Below are positions 34,733 through 42,481 of a stretch of DNA of 44,874 bases, in pieces. Source of the stretch: a virus (lineage: Duplodnaviria; Caudoviricetes); the IMG/VR virus record IMGVR_UViG_3300027819_000019, positions 1-44,874 of that record; one strand, given 5' to 3'. Within the stretch, counting starts at the first letter, position 1. The number at the start of each line of letters is the position of its first letter. The position numbers and the translations under genes were made by a program. The notes under the pieces were generated by a model. The model had not been told where the DNA came from. It saw only the letters and a program-made list of their open reading frames with translations, and ran no database searches.

Positions 34733-35200
34733 ATGGACAAACAGACCTACACAGAGGATGACATCGGCAGGGCACTAGCAGTGATCGCCGGACACCGCGG
34801 GAACGTCTCTAGGGCCTCTACGGAGCTTGGAATACCGAGGATGACCCTACATCAATGGGTCAGTGGTAAGAGAAGGAAGGCGGAGGGTGAGGCGGCTGAG
34901 AGCAGTAGGAAGACCGCGCAGTCCGTAACTCGACTTCGCCTGATGCGACAGTGGACCATCCTGGCCAAAGCGGCCATCAAACAGGCTCAATCCACGCTGA
35001 AAGACGCAGGACCGTGGGAGGCCGCGAGGATCGCCGGCCTGGCAGTGGACAAGATGACCGCTCTATCCCCTGGAGCTCGTGACCCCCAGGGTCCAGGGGT
35101 CACCGTGACCCTCGCGCAGTACTTCCAACAGGCTCTACCGACCAAGACTGTGACCGTTCTACCGATTGACGGACAAGAGTCTGGAAAGACACCAGCCTAG
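34733..35200 (+). CDS. HTH protein, probable terminase small subunit
   Basis: GNVSRAS.ELGIPR.TL..W HTH, then AARIAGLAVDKM..L; first gene of the rightward arm. Confidence 0.65.
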   Translation: MDKQTYTEDDIGRALAVIAGHRGNVSRASTELGIPRMTLHQWVSGKRRKAEGEAAESSRKTAQSVTRLRLMRQWTILAKAAIKQAQSTLKDAGPWEAARIAGLAVDKMTALSPGARDPQGPGVTVTLAQYFQQALPTKTVTVLPIDGQESGKTPA

Positions 35201-35471
35201 AACTAGGCTCATTCATTGGTCTAAGTGACATAGCGCCACCGTACCGATAGACCGGTCTTCGGAAAGACACTACCCAAGGGAACGCACATTCCTTGACTTA
35301 CCTACGATGATGCCCCGGCACAGCTCGGCACCACACAGCGAGCGAGCGAGCGATCCCATGAGCGCGCGATGCGCGTGCCTGCGTGCGGGAGCGCGTGCGT
35401 GGGGGCGGGGGAGGGTCGAGGCCTGTCGTTTACGGGAGGATGGGACCCGTGGTACGCCCACCCTCTCTCAC

Positions 35472-35520
35472 TGACATACTCAGTTTCCAGTTCCACTCTC
35501 GCTCTCGTTGACATACTCAG
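35472..35520 (+). repeat. Direct repeat TGACATACTCAG x2 in the long non-coding region
   Basis: Copies at 35472-35483 and 35509-35520; partial TACTCAGAC at 35597. Confidence 0.7.
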
Positions 35521-35827
35521 ACCTGGATGCGACATTCCTCGACATTTGTCTCTTTTTGGAACATCGACCTATGGGTCCCATCCCATAAGGGTGGTGTACT
35601 CAGACTGCGTTAGACCATTCTTACTGCGAACCCCGTAATTCTGGGTACTGGGTTATCCACGGTCTGTCCACGTCTTTCGATGAAGTTCCTGCGGTAGAGC
35701 ATTCTCCGAGCAAACCCCGTAAATCTCCCCTTGTGCGATATTCGTACCCCCCTTACGATCCCCCCAGGTACGGGGAAGCGAACACGGAGGTCCGGGGAAA
35801 GGGACCGAGCGGTCCTAGTATTTCTTT

Positions 35828-36385
35828 ATGGACTACCAAGAGTTCTCTGGTCCACCTCCTGACCTTCCTTCTCCCAAGCACTTCCAGCCGTGGGCTATCG
35901 GGATGGACCCGCAGATTGGTGGGATGGGGACTGCGGAGTGGCAGACCTGGACACCGTCGAACATCTTGATCCCGAAGGCCACTGAGGCCTTCACCCCGGC
36001 AGCACAGGCGTACTTCAAGAACCGCAAGCTCAACCGCTCAGCGCCTCCCGGCTACCTGGACACGGCGGATGGGGAGTACACCCGAAGCGGGTCCATCTAT
36101 GCCCGCAGGATGAAGCGTGACGGGTCCTACCCGACTGCGGACGATGAGCAGCACCTTGTGCGGCACGAACTGCTCCACGCCGCCTCCGCCGAGCACGCGC
36201 CGTTCCTTGCCGACTACAACGCCGGGCTCCCCGCGCTCCGGAAGGCGCTCGCAGACTCCGGGTGGGCGATACCGGCCGCCGTCGAGAACGACCCCGCGCA
36301 CATCTTCACCGGGGCCGCCGAGGCGGTCATTCTCGGGAACGCCCCCCCTGCCCTGCGGGGCTACTTTGCGCCACTCCTGCGCTAG
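35828..36385 (+). CDS. Putative zinc metallopeptidase (HExxH)
   Basis: LVRHELLHA motif. Confidence 0.55.
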   Translation: MDYQEFSGPPPDLPSPKHFQPWAIGMDPQIGGMGTAEWQTWTPSNILIPKATEAFTPAAQAYFKNRKLNRSAPPGYLDTADGEYTRSGSIYARRMKRDGSYPTADDEQHLVRHELLHAASAEHAPFLADYNAGLPALRKALADSGWAIPAAVENDPAHIFTGAAEAVILGNAPPALRGYFAPLLR

Positions 36386-36419
36386 ACTGTGAGCAGCCTG
36401 ATGGGCAAGGAGAACTGAC

Positions 36420-36830
36420 ATGGGTGTGCTTGCGATCCGTAACGCGAACAGTGGTGGGGAGTCTCGCCAGGCGGTCATCCAGACCAGCACTTCCGGCGTC
36501 AAGTACCCGACGAACCCGGTCGCTCACCCGTTCTCCGTCACGATTGCCTCCGCCGGAACAGTTGCCACCGTGTGGTCGCCCGCCGCCGGGTACCGCTTCC
36601 GGGTCACGAGCTACCACATCACCCCCAGCGCCGCAGACACCATCATCCTCAGGAGCGTCGCCTCCGCGGCGTTCCAGGTGACCCACCGCGCGGCGGCGAA
36701 CACCCCCATCGTCGTTCCCGACCTCCGGTGGGGCGTTTCCTGCGCGAGCGCGAACAGCGCCCTCGTGGTGGACGCCGGAACGGCCGCGACGATCGTGACT
36801 GGCACGATTTTCGGTGATGAGGTCCCGTAG
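36420..36830 (+). CDS. Small beta-rich Ala/Thr/Ser-rich protein, possibly virion decoration
   Basis: AAGGAG SD; W.PAAG.RFRV motif; composition like the structural genes. Confidence 0.5.
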   Translation: MGVLAIRNANSGGESRQAVIQTSTSGVKYPTNPVAHPFSVTIASAGTVATVWSPAAGYRFRVTSYHITPSAADTIILRSVASAAFQVTHRAAANTPIVVPDLRWGVSCASANSALVVDAGTAATIVTGTIFGDEVP

Positions 36831-36834
36831 CCTG

Positions 36835-36862
36835 TTGACTTTTTTCTCTCGGCGGTTACGAT
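36835..36862 (+). promoter_or_regulatory. Sigma70-type promoter for the sugar-terL-portal operon
   Basis: TTGACT-N16-TACGAT, 9 nt before TTG 36872. Confidence 0.6.
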
Positions 36863-36871
36863 AGCGGCGAG

Positions 36872-37567
36872 TTGAGCGGACTTCTCGTCCTGTGCCCGTC
36901 GCACCAAAGGCCGGTCGAGGCCCGCCGCCTCTACGAGACGTTCCAGCGCACCGCCATCCTCCCAGACACCAGGCTTGTGTTCCTCGTCTGGTCCGGCGAC
37001 TCCACCGCCCACAAGTACGAGAGCAACTGGATGAAGAGCGCCCTCCGCCCCGAGGAGGCCATGACGGCCCGCTGTAACGCCGGCTTCGTCTCCGAGGACA
37101 ACGACTGCGAGGCGGTGGGCTGGGTGGCGGACGACAACCGCTTCGCCACGGTTGGCTGGGACGAGCTGGTCCTCCACGCCCTCCGCGCGACCCCTATCAT
37201 CTTCGGCAACGACGTGGTGAGTCCGGGATCGAAACCCTCCCATGTCTTCATGGACGCGCGCATACCACGCGCGCTTGGCTGGTTCCGCCACCCCGGACTC
37301 ATCTCGACCTTCCACGACGACGTGGATATGCGCCTCGGGACCGGCACCGATACCGCCAGGCCCCTCGGGCAGAATGGCGAGAGCGACGGCGGGGTTGGCA
37401 TCCGCTACATCCCAGAACTGGTCATCCCCCACCTCTACACCGAACGCGACAACCGGGCCAACTTCCAGCACGACGCTCCCGTCTACCGGGCATGGAGAAG
37501 GAACGAAGCGGAGGATGACATTGCCAAGGCGAAGCGTGCTCTTCGATCTCGACGGAACCCTCATTGA
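36872..37567 (+). CDS. Glycosyltransferase, GT2-like
   Basis: LLVLCPS..RP, ADDNRF.T.GWD, FGND, LGW, F.DD, IPH. Confidence 0.7.
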   Translation: MSGLLVLCPSHQRPVEARRLYETFQRTAILPDTRLVFLVWSGDSTAHKYESNWMKSALRPEEAMTARCNAGFVSEDNDCEAVGWVADDNRFATVGWDELVLHALRATPIIFGNDVVSPGSKPSHVFMDARIPRALGWFRHPGLISTFHDDVDMRLGTGTDTARPLGQNGESDGGVGIRYIPELVIPHLYTERDNRANFQHDAPVYRAWRRNEAEDDIAKAKRALRSRRNPH

Positions 37568-38102
37568 CTCCGCCGCGCTCCACGCTGACGCCTTCTCCCG
37601 CGCGGTCAAGTTGTGGTGGCACCCGTGCGAAGTTCCCACCAGGACGGACCTGACCACGCAGCAGAAGATGGACCTGATCGGCCTTCCGGGTGTGCTGCGC
37701 GAGGACGTACAGCGGGTCACTCGGCAGATAACGCTGGAGATGATTCCGAAGTTGGTTCACCCTGACGAGCGGCTGAACGCGGAGATTGAGGACCTGTCCA
37801 AGGACTTCGCTATCGGCGTGGTGACCAACGCCCGCTTCGCCCCAGCGTCGGCGATGCTGAAGGCGATGGGACTGTGGGAGGTGCTGGATGTGCTGGCCAC
37901 CAGCGAGGACGGGAAGCACAAGCCCGCCCCGGACCTGTATCGCTACGCCCTGAAGAAGATTGGAGCCGGTCAGGTGGTGGCGGTCGAGGATTCCGACACG
38001 GGCGTCGAGGCAGCAACGGTGGCGGGCATCCCATGTCTCAAAGTCAGCGGACCCAATGACATCACCGCGAAACTGGTGAGGGACTTCTGTGGACACGATT
38101 AG
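37515..38102 (+). CDS. HAD-family phosphatase
   Basis: FDLDGTL, VVTNA, KPAPD.Y, VEDS..GV.AA..AG. Confidence 0.9.
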   Translation: MTLPRRSVLFDLDGTLIDSAALHADAFSRAVKLWWHPCEVPTRTDLTTQQKMDLIGLPGVLREDVQRVTRQITLEMIPKLVHPDERLNAEIEDLSKDFAIGVVTNARFAPASAMLKAMGLWEVLDVLATSEDGKHKPAPDLYRYALKKIGAGQVVAVEDSDTGVEAATVAGIPCLKVSGPNDITAKLVRDFCGHD

Positions 38103-38403
38103 CCACGTCCGGTCGTTCTTCAGGAAGAACTCAAACCTGGACAGCGAGAGTCGCCGCCAGGTTGTGCTAAAGGTCAACCGGCTGATGGATGTGATGGGGG
38201 CCGGTCCGGATGGTCGTCTCCACTGCTGGCGCAAGTTTCTCCACCACCGAGAAGGAATCGACTACGTTCGTACGGTGTACGGGGAGGTTGGCGCGCTGGC
38301 CGCAGAGCAGCACATCCTCGACGACTGCGGCAGCATCCACTCGGTCCTCGACTACTACAACGGGACGCTGGACGAGAACGGGGTCGAGAAGTCAACATTC
38401 TGA
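38089..38403 (+). CDS. His-rich hypothetical protein (DUF6915-like by eye)
   Basis: H..R..LHH.EGI......G.....AEQHI.DD.G.I....DY. Confidence 0.5.
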   Translation: MDTISHVRSFFRKNSNLDSESRRQVVLKVNRLMDVMGAGPDGRLHCWRKFLHHREGIDYVRTVYGEVGALAAEQHILDDCGSIHSVLDYYNGTLDENGVEKSTF

Positions 38404-39080
38404 TACCTGCGGCAGGACTCGGCCGAAGGTTTCAGGAGGCCGGATACACGGTCCCGAAGCCCCTCATCCCGGTTGACGGAAAGCCGATGATCGGACGGGT
38501 CCTCACCTCTTTCCTCGGAGAGGACACGAGCCAGCATCGAGTGGTGGCTGTTGTCCGTGGGGGCTTCCCGCTCCTCTACGGCATTCAGAACGTCTACCTC
38601 GACCATGTGACAGACGGCGCGGCACGGTCGGTGATTCTCGGCATCCACGGGGCGGGGCTGCCGCTGAACGACCCGCTGCTCATCGTGAACAGCGACCAGA
38701 TCGTGGACTTCGACCTGACCCAATTCTTGGCTGGCGCGGGGGATGCCTCGATGGTCGTCTTCCCGGTACACGGTGGCGAACCTCGGTGGTCCTACGCGCG
38801 CATCGAGTGGGGTTACATCACCAAGGTCGCGGAGAAGCAGGCCATCTCCGAGTGGGCCACCGCCGGGGTGTACTACTGGCGTCGGACCTACGACTTCGTA
38901 CGGTCGGCAGGGCGCATGATTTCCCTTGACGACCGCGTGAACAACGAGTTCTACGTCGCGCCGACCTACAACTACGCGCTCGCGGAGGGGATGCTGGTCA
39001 CCCCGTTCTTCGTGGAGGAGTCCCAGTTCCACGACCTCGGCACTCCCGCCGCCTTGGAGGAATACCTTGGCAGACGGTAG
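38400..39080 (+). CDS. Sugar-phosphate nucleotidyltransferase (GlmU/RmlA-like fold); start codon non-canonical and uncertain
   Basis: NILIPAAGLGRRF...PKPLIPVDGKPMI, T.GAA, NSDQ, P.WSYA, VAEK..IS..AT.G.YY, NNEFYV.P.YN, LGTP. Confidence 0.85.
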   Translation: MIPAAGLGRRFQEAGYTVPKPLIPVDGKPMIGRVLTSFLGEDTSQHRVVAVVRGGFPLLYGIQNVYLDHVTDGAARSVILGIHGAGLPLNDPLLIVNSDQIVDFDLTQFLAGAGDASMVVFPVHGGEPRWSYARIEWGYITKVAEKQAISEWATAGVYYWRRTYDFVRSAGRMISLDDRVNNEFYVAPTYNYALAEGMLVTPFFVEESQFHDLGTPAALEEYLGRR

Positions 39081-39309
39081 CCGCTTCGCCATCAGCAACC
39101 GACGCGGGCTCGGCTGTCGCGCCTATGTCAAGGACTGCTCGTCGTTCTTCCCGACCACCGGAGAGCGGGACGAGCACGAGAAGGCGCTCCACGGCTACCA
39201 CCACGTCGTTGTCCCGGTTGACAAGCCAAGGTACGGGTCGCACTTCACGCACATGGGGCGTAGTCTGCTGGGTAGCAAGTACGACCTGAAGAAAAAGGAG
39301 CAATGGTAA
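39067..39309 (+). CDS. Small hypothetical protein
   Basis: GGAGG SD, overlaps both neighbours, C..C...H...H. Confidence 0.5.
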   Translation: MADGSRFAISNRRGLGCRAYVKDCSSFFPTTGERDEHEKALHGYHHVVVPVDKPRYGSHFTHMGRSLLGSKYDLKKKEQW

Positions 39310-39446
39310 TGGCGAAGCAGAGTTCCAAGTCGATGCCGAAGGGGATGCCCCCCAAGAACGTGCCCGGCCCGATGATGTCTGGCCCGATGATGATGCCCAA
39401 GCAGCACGCCGCGATGCACCCCGCGGGCAAATCCAAGAAGAAGTGA
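39309..39446 (+). CDS. 45-aa Met/Pro/Lys-rich basic peptide
   Basis: AAGGAG SD; TAATG and GTGA overlaps; MAKQSSKSMPKGMPPK...KSKKK. Confidence 0.6.
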   Translation: MAKQSSKSMPKGMPPKNVPGPMMSGPMMMPKQHAAMHPAGKSKKK

Positions 39447-40564
39447 GGCGCATCGGCGTCGGCGATGTTCGCGTATCGGCGCGGGCCACGGCGAACGTCC
39501 TCGACGCCCTCTCGCAGAATCGTCTGACCGCTGGTCGCTGGACCAAGGAGTTCGAGACGGGCTTCGCTCGGCGCCACGGACGCAACTTCGCGTGCTTCGT
39601 GAACAGCGGAACCGACGCGCTCCGCATCGGCCTCGCGGCGCTCAAAGAGGTCCACGGCTGGAAGCGCGGGGCGAAGGTGGCCGTTCCGTCCGTGACCTTC
39701 GTCGCCACGCTGAACGCGGTCCTTCAGGTCGGACTTCAGCCGTACATCGTTGACATCGAGACGGAGCACTTCGGCATGGACCTGGACCGCTTCCCGTCCG
39801 ACGTGGTGGCCGCCGTCCCGGTCAACCTGTTCGGCCACGTGAACCCGACGATGCGCCAGATAGCCGCAAGCGGCCTGCCGTGCGTCACAGACTCCTGCGA
39901 GACGGTCGGGATGACAGGCTGCGCCGATGGCGATGTGAGCGCCTTCTCGACCTACGCTGCCCACATCCTGACCACGGGTGTTGGCGGACTCGCCACGACC
40001 GACGACCCGGAGCTCGCCGCGCTCATCCGGTCCTACGCGAACCACGGGCGGAGCGGCATCTACACGGGCATCGACCAGGAGTTGGGCAGCATCGAGGTCA
40101 TCGAGGCGCGCTTCCACTTTGACAGAAAGGGCTACTCGTCGCGGGCGACGGAGATGGAGGCCGCGATCGGGTGCGCCGAACTGGCCAGTCTCGACGCAAA
40201 CCTCGCGGCCCGCCGTCGCAACGCCGCCGCCCTGACGTTCGGCCTCATCGACCTTCCCATCGTCATCCCTCGCTGGGACAACGACGACAGCGCGTGGATG
40301 ATGTACCCCATCCTCACGGCCAACCGATTCACCCGCGACCGCCTCGTCCAGCACCTAGAGGCGAACGGCATCGAAACGCGGATGCTCCTCCCGCTCACCT
40401 CTCAGCCCTACGTCCGCAGGATGTTCAAGCACGACCCAGACGTGCTGTTCCCCGTGGCCCACCGGGTGAACGAGACAGGCTTCTACATCGGCTGTCACCA
40501 GTACCTCGACGCAGACGACACGGACTATTGTTGTGAGGTGATGGCAGCCTTCAATTGGCGGTAA
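39443..40564 (+). CDS. DegT/DnrJ-fold PLP enzyme with His in place of the catalytic Lys (ColD/E1-type sugar 3-dehydratase candidate)
   Basis: NSGTDAL, TFVAT, DSCET, FSTYAAHILTTGVGG, NHGR, GIETR. Confidence 0.88.
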   Translation: MRRIGVGDVRVSARATANVLDALSQNRLTAGRWTKEFETGFARRHGRNFACFVNSGTDALRIGLAALKEVHGWKRGAKVAVPSVTFVATLNAVLQVGLQPYIVDIETEHFGMDLDRFPSDVVAAVPVNLFGHVNPTMRQIAASGLPCVTDSCETVGMTGCADGDVSAFSTYAAHILTTGVGGLATTDDPELAALIRSYANHGRSGIYTGIDQELGSIEVIEARFHFDRKGYSSRATEMEAAIGCAELASLDANLAARRRNAAALTFGLIDLPIVIPRWDNDDSAWMMYPILTANRFTRDRLVQHLEANGIETRMLLPLTSQPYVRRMFKHDPDVLFPVAHRVNETGFYIGCHQYLDADDTDYCCEVMAAFNWR

Positions 40565-40860
40565 GACCGCCGGACCTTAGTTTGCTTCAGTCACAACTGA
40601 GAGTTCTTCGTCGTCTTGGGGTCCATCCCAACATAGATGAACTCGATGTGAAGGAACTTGCGGGTCCGCATCTTGTCTTGGGTTGCTCCTACAATGCCTG
40701 TGATAATCCTATGGCGGGCTATCATGGGTGGTGCGCGAGCCATCGTCCGACTGACGGCAGTCGCGGCTCTCCCAGCCCTGTTGTTCGACTGGATGCTGTT
40801 TACACTCACTACAAACAGTTGCCAAAGAGACTGGGTGGGAGAATAGTTCGTTGGCGGTAG
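40555..40860 (+). CDS. Lower-GC hypothetical gene bounded by a 9-bp direct repeat
   Basis: About 54% GC by hand count; C....C........C..H; TTGGCGGTA at both ends. Confidence 0.55.
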   Translation: MAVRPPDLSLLQSQLRVLRRLGVHPNIDELDVKELAGPHLVLGCSYNACDNPMAGYHGWCASHRPTDGSRGSPSPVVRLDAVYTHYKQLPKRLGGRIVRWR

Positions 40861-42335
40861 CCGAAAAGAACGAAGCGCAAGAGCTGGTCGAGTGGACCCA
40901 GAAGAACCCCTGGCCGTGGGTCGAGCGCACATTCGGGGACGTGCCGCTCTTCGACAAGCAGCGCCAAATCCTCGACTCCATCCGCGACAACCGGGTCACC
41001 CACGTCAAGGCGTGCCACGCCTCGGCCAAGACCCGCACCGCCGCCTACGCCACCCACTGGTGGATGATGGCCCACCCCGGCGAGGCGAAGGTGCTCACCA
41101 CCGCACCCTCGTGGACGCAGGTGGTGGACAACCTCTGGCGTGAGATTCGTGGCCTCCACGACACCGCCAAGGTTCGGATGGGTCAGGGCCTCGGGGGCAG
41201 GATGCTTCAGTCCCAGTGGGATATCGACCCCCAGTGGTTCGCCAAGGGCCAGTCAAGCGACCGTGGCGTGAACTTCCAGGGACTCCACTCCCCGAACATC
41301 CTCATCGTCATTGACGAGGCGGACGGCATCCCGAAAGAGGTCTGGGAGGCCATCGACGGCGTGGCGACCTCTGCGAACTCCCGCATCCTCGCCATCGGCA
41401 ACGCGGTCAATCCGAGTTCCGAGTGGAAGAGACGGGTGGACTTGGCGAAGAATCGGAAGAGCGAGAAGGTCATCCAGATTCGGGCCGCCGACACCCCCAA
41501 CGTCATGGCCGGGAGCATCGTCTACCCGTTCCTCATCAGCCCGGAATGGATCGACTACGCCAGAGAGAACTACGGTGGCGAGACGGCTAACATGTTCATC
41601 TCCAAGGTGCTCGCGGAGTGGCCGGAGGAGTCCAAGGACACCCTCATTCCCATCTCGTGGCTCATGCGCGCCCGGAACCGCTCGGTCGAGCAGGGGGTCC
41701 GAACGCTCGGCATCGACGTGGCGCGCTTCGGCACCGACCGCTCCGTGCGGACCCTTCTGGCCGGCGCTCAACTCATCTACTCCAAGGCCACGGCCAAGGA
41801 GGACACCATGAAAACGGTGTCCCGTGCGCTCATGGACATCGAGCAGGACGCCCCGGCCCACGTGGCCGTGGACATCACGGGCGTCGGCGGCGGGGTCTAT
41901 GACCGTCTGGTCGAGATCAAGGGCGGCACCTTCCCCATCGTGGGAGTCCACAACGGCGGGAAGTCCAGCGACCCGGAACGCTACGCGAACGTCGCGGCCG
42001 AGATGTGGTGGAACGTCCGCGGGGCGTTCGAGCGGGACGAGATAGGCCTCGCCACCGACGACGTGGAGTCCGTGGACGAGCTTATCGCCGACCTGAACCG
42101 CCCCACCTACGAGTACGTTCGGGCCTCCCTGCTGAAGATTGACAAGTTCGGACTCCCCAAGGGGGCGTCGGAGGGGCTGCTTTCCGATGAGGAGCGCAGC
42201 CGCAGAAGCCCCGACCGGGGAGACTCGTACGTGCTGTCCTACAATGCAGGGATGCCGTACCTGAAGAACCCATTGGGCGGCCCCGGCCAGTCCTTTTCCT
42301 ACTACACACAGGTCAAAGGATCGGTCAACATATAG
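40851..42335 (+). CDS. terL: Terminase large subunit
   Basis: Q motif, Walker A ACHASAKT, TAP...Q, Walker B IVIDEA, IGN, RuvC GIDVARFG.D, D.TGVGGGVYD, SPD.GD. Confidence 0.93.
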   Translation: MAVAEKNEAQELVEWTQKNPWPWVERTFGDVPLFDKQRQILDSIRDNRVTHVKACHASAKTRTAAYATHWWMMAHPGEAKVLTTAPSWTQVVDNLWREIRGLHDTAKVRMGQGLGGRMLQSQWDIDPQWFAKGQSSDRGVNFQGLHSPNILIVIDEADGIPKEVWEAIDGVATSANSRILAIGNAVNPSSEWKRRVDLAKNRKSEKVIQIRAADTPNVMAGSIVYPFLISPEWIDYARENYGGETANMFISKVLAEWPEESKDTLIPISWLMRARNRSVEQGVRTLGIDVARFGTDRSVRTLLAGAQLIYSKATAKEDTMKTVSRALMDIEQDAPAHVAVDITGVGGGVYDRLVEIKGGTFPIVGVHNGGKSSDPERYANVAAEMWWNVRGAFERDEIGLATDDVESVDELIADLNRPTYEYVRASLLKIDKFGLPKGASEGLLSDEERSRRSPDRGDSYVLSYNAGMPYLKNPLGGPGQSFSYYTQVKGSVNI

Positions 42336-42481
42336 TGGGACTTCGTTTTCTTGGCGAGGTGTTCATTCTCGTCTTTGTCGTTAGCGCCTTTTTTGAGAGA
42401 AAGGCGTGGCTCGGTTTCTCTTCATTTACCGAGGACGAACATAGGGCAGAGGAGTCCTGGAAAAAGATGGGGTACAAGTAG
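42335..42481 (+). CDS. 48-aa low-GC membrane peptide between terL and portal
   Basis: About 49% GC by hand count; VFILVFVVSAFF; TAGTG overlaps at both ends. Confidence 0.6.
   Translation: MGLRFLGEVFILVFVVSAFFERKAWLGFSSFTEDEHRAEESWKKMGYK

Noticed and set aside
35270-35969. Short ORFs in the non-coding region
   Set aside because: No SD, motifs or coding bias; they overlap repeats or the real gene at 35828
36872-40564. DNA hypermodification as the purpose of the sugar genes
   Set aside because: No base hydroxymethylase, TET/JBP, nucleotide kinase or polymerase recognised; downgraded but not excluded
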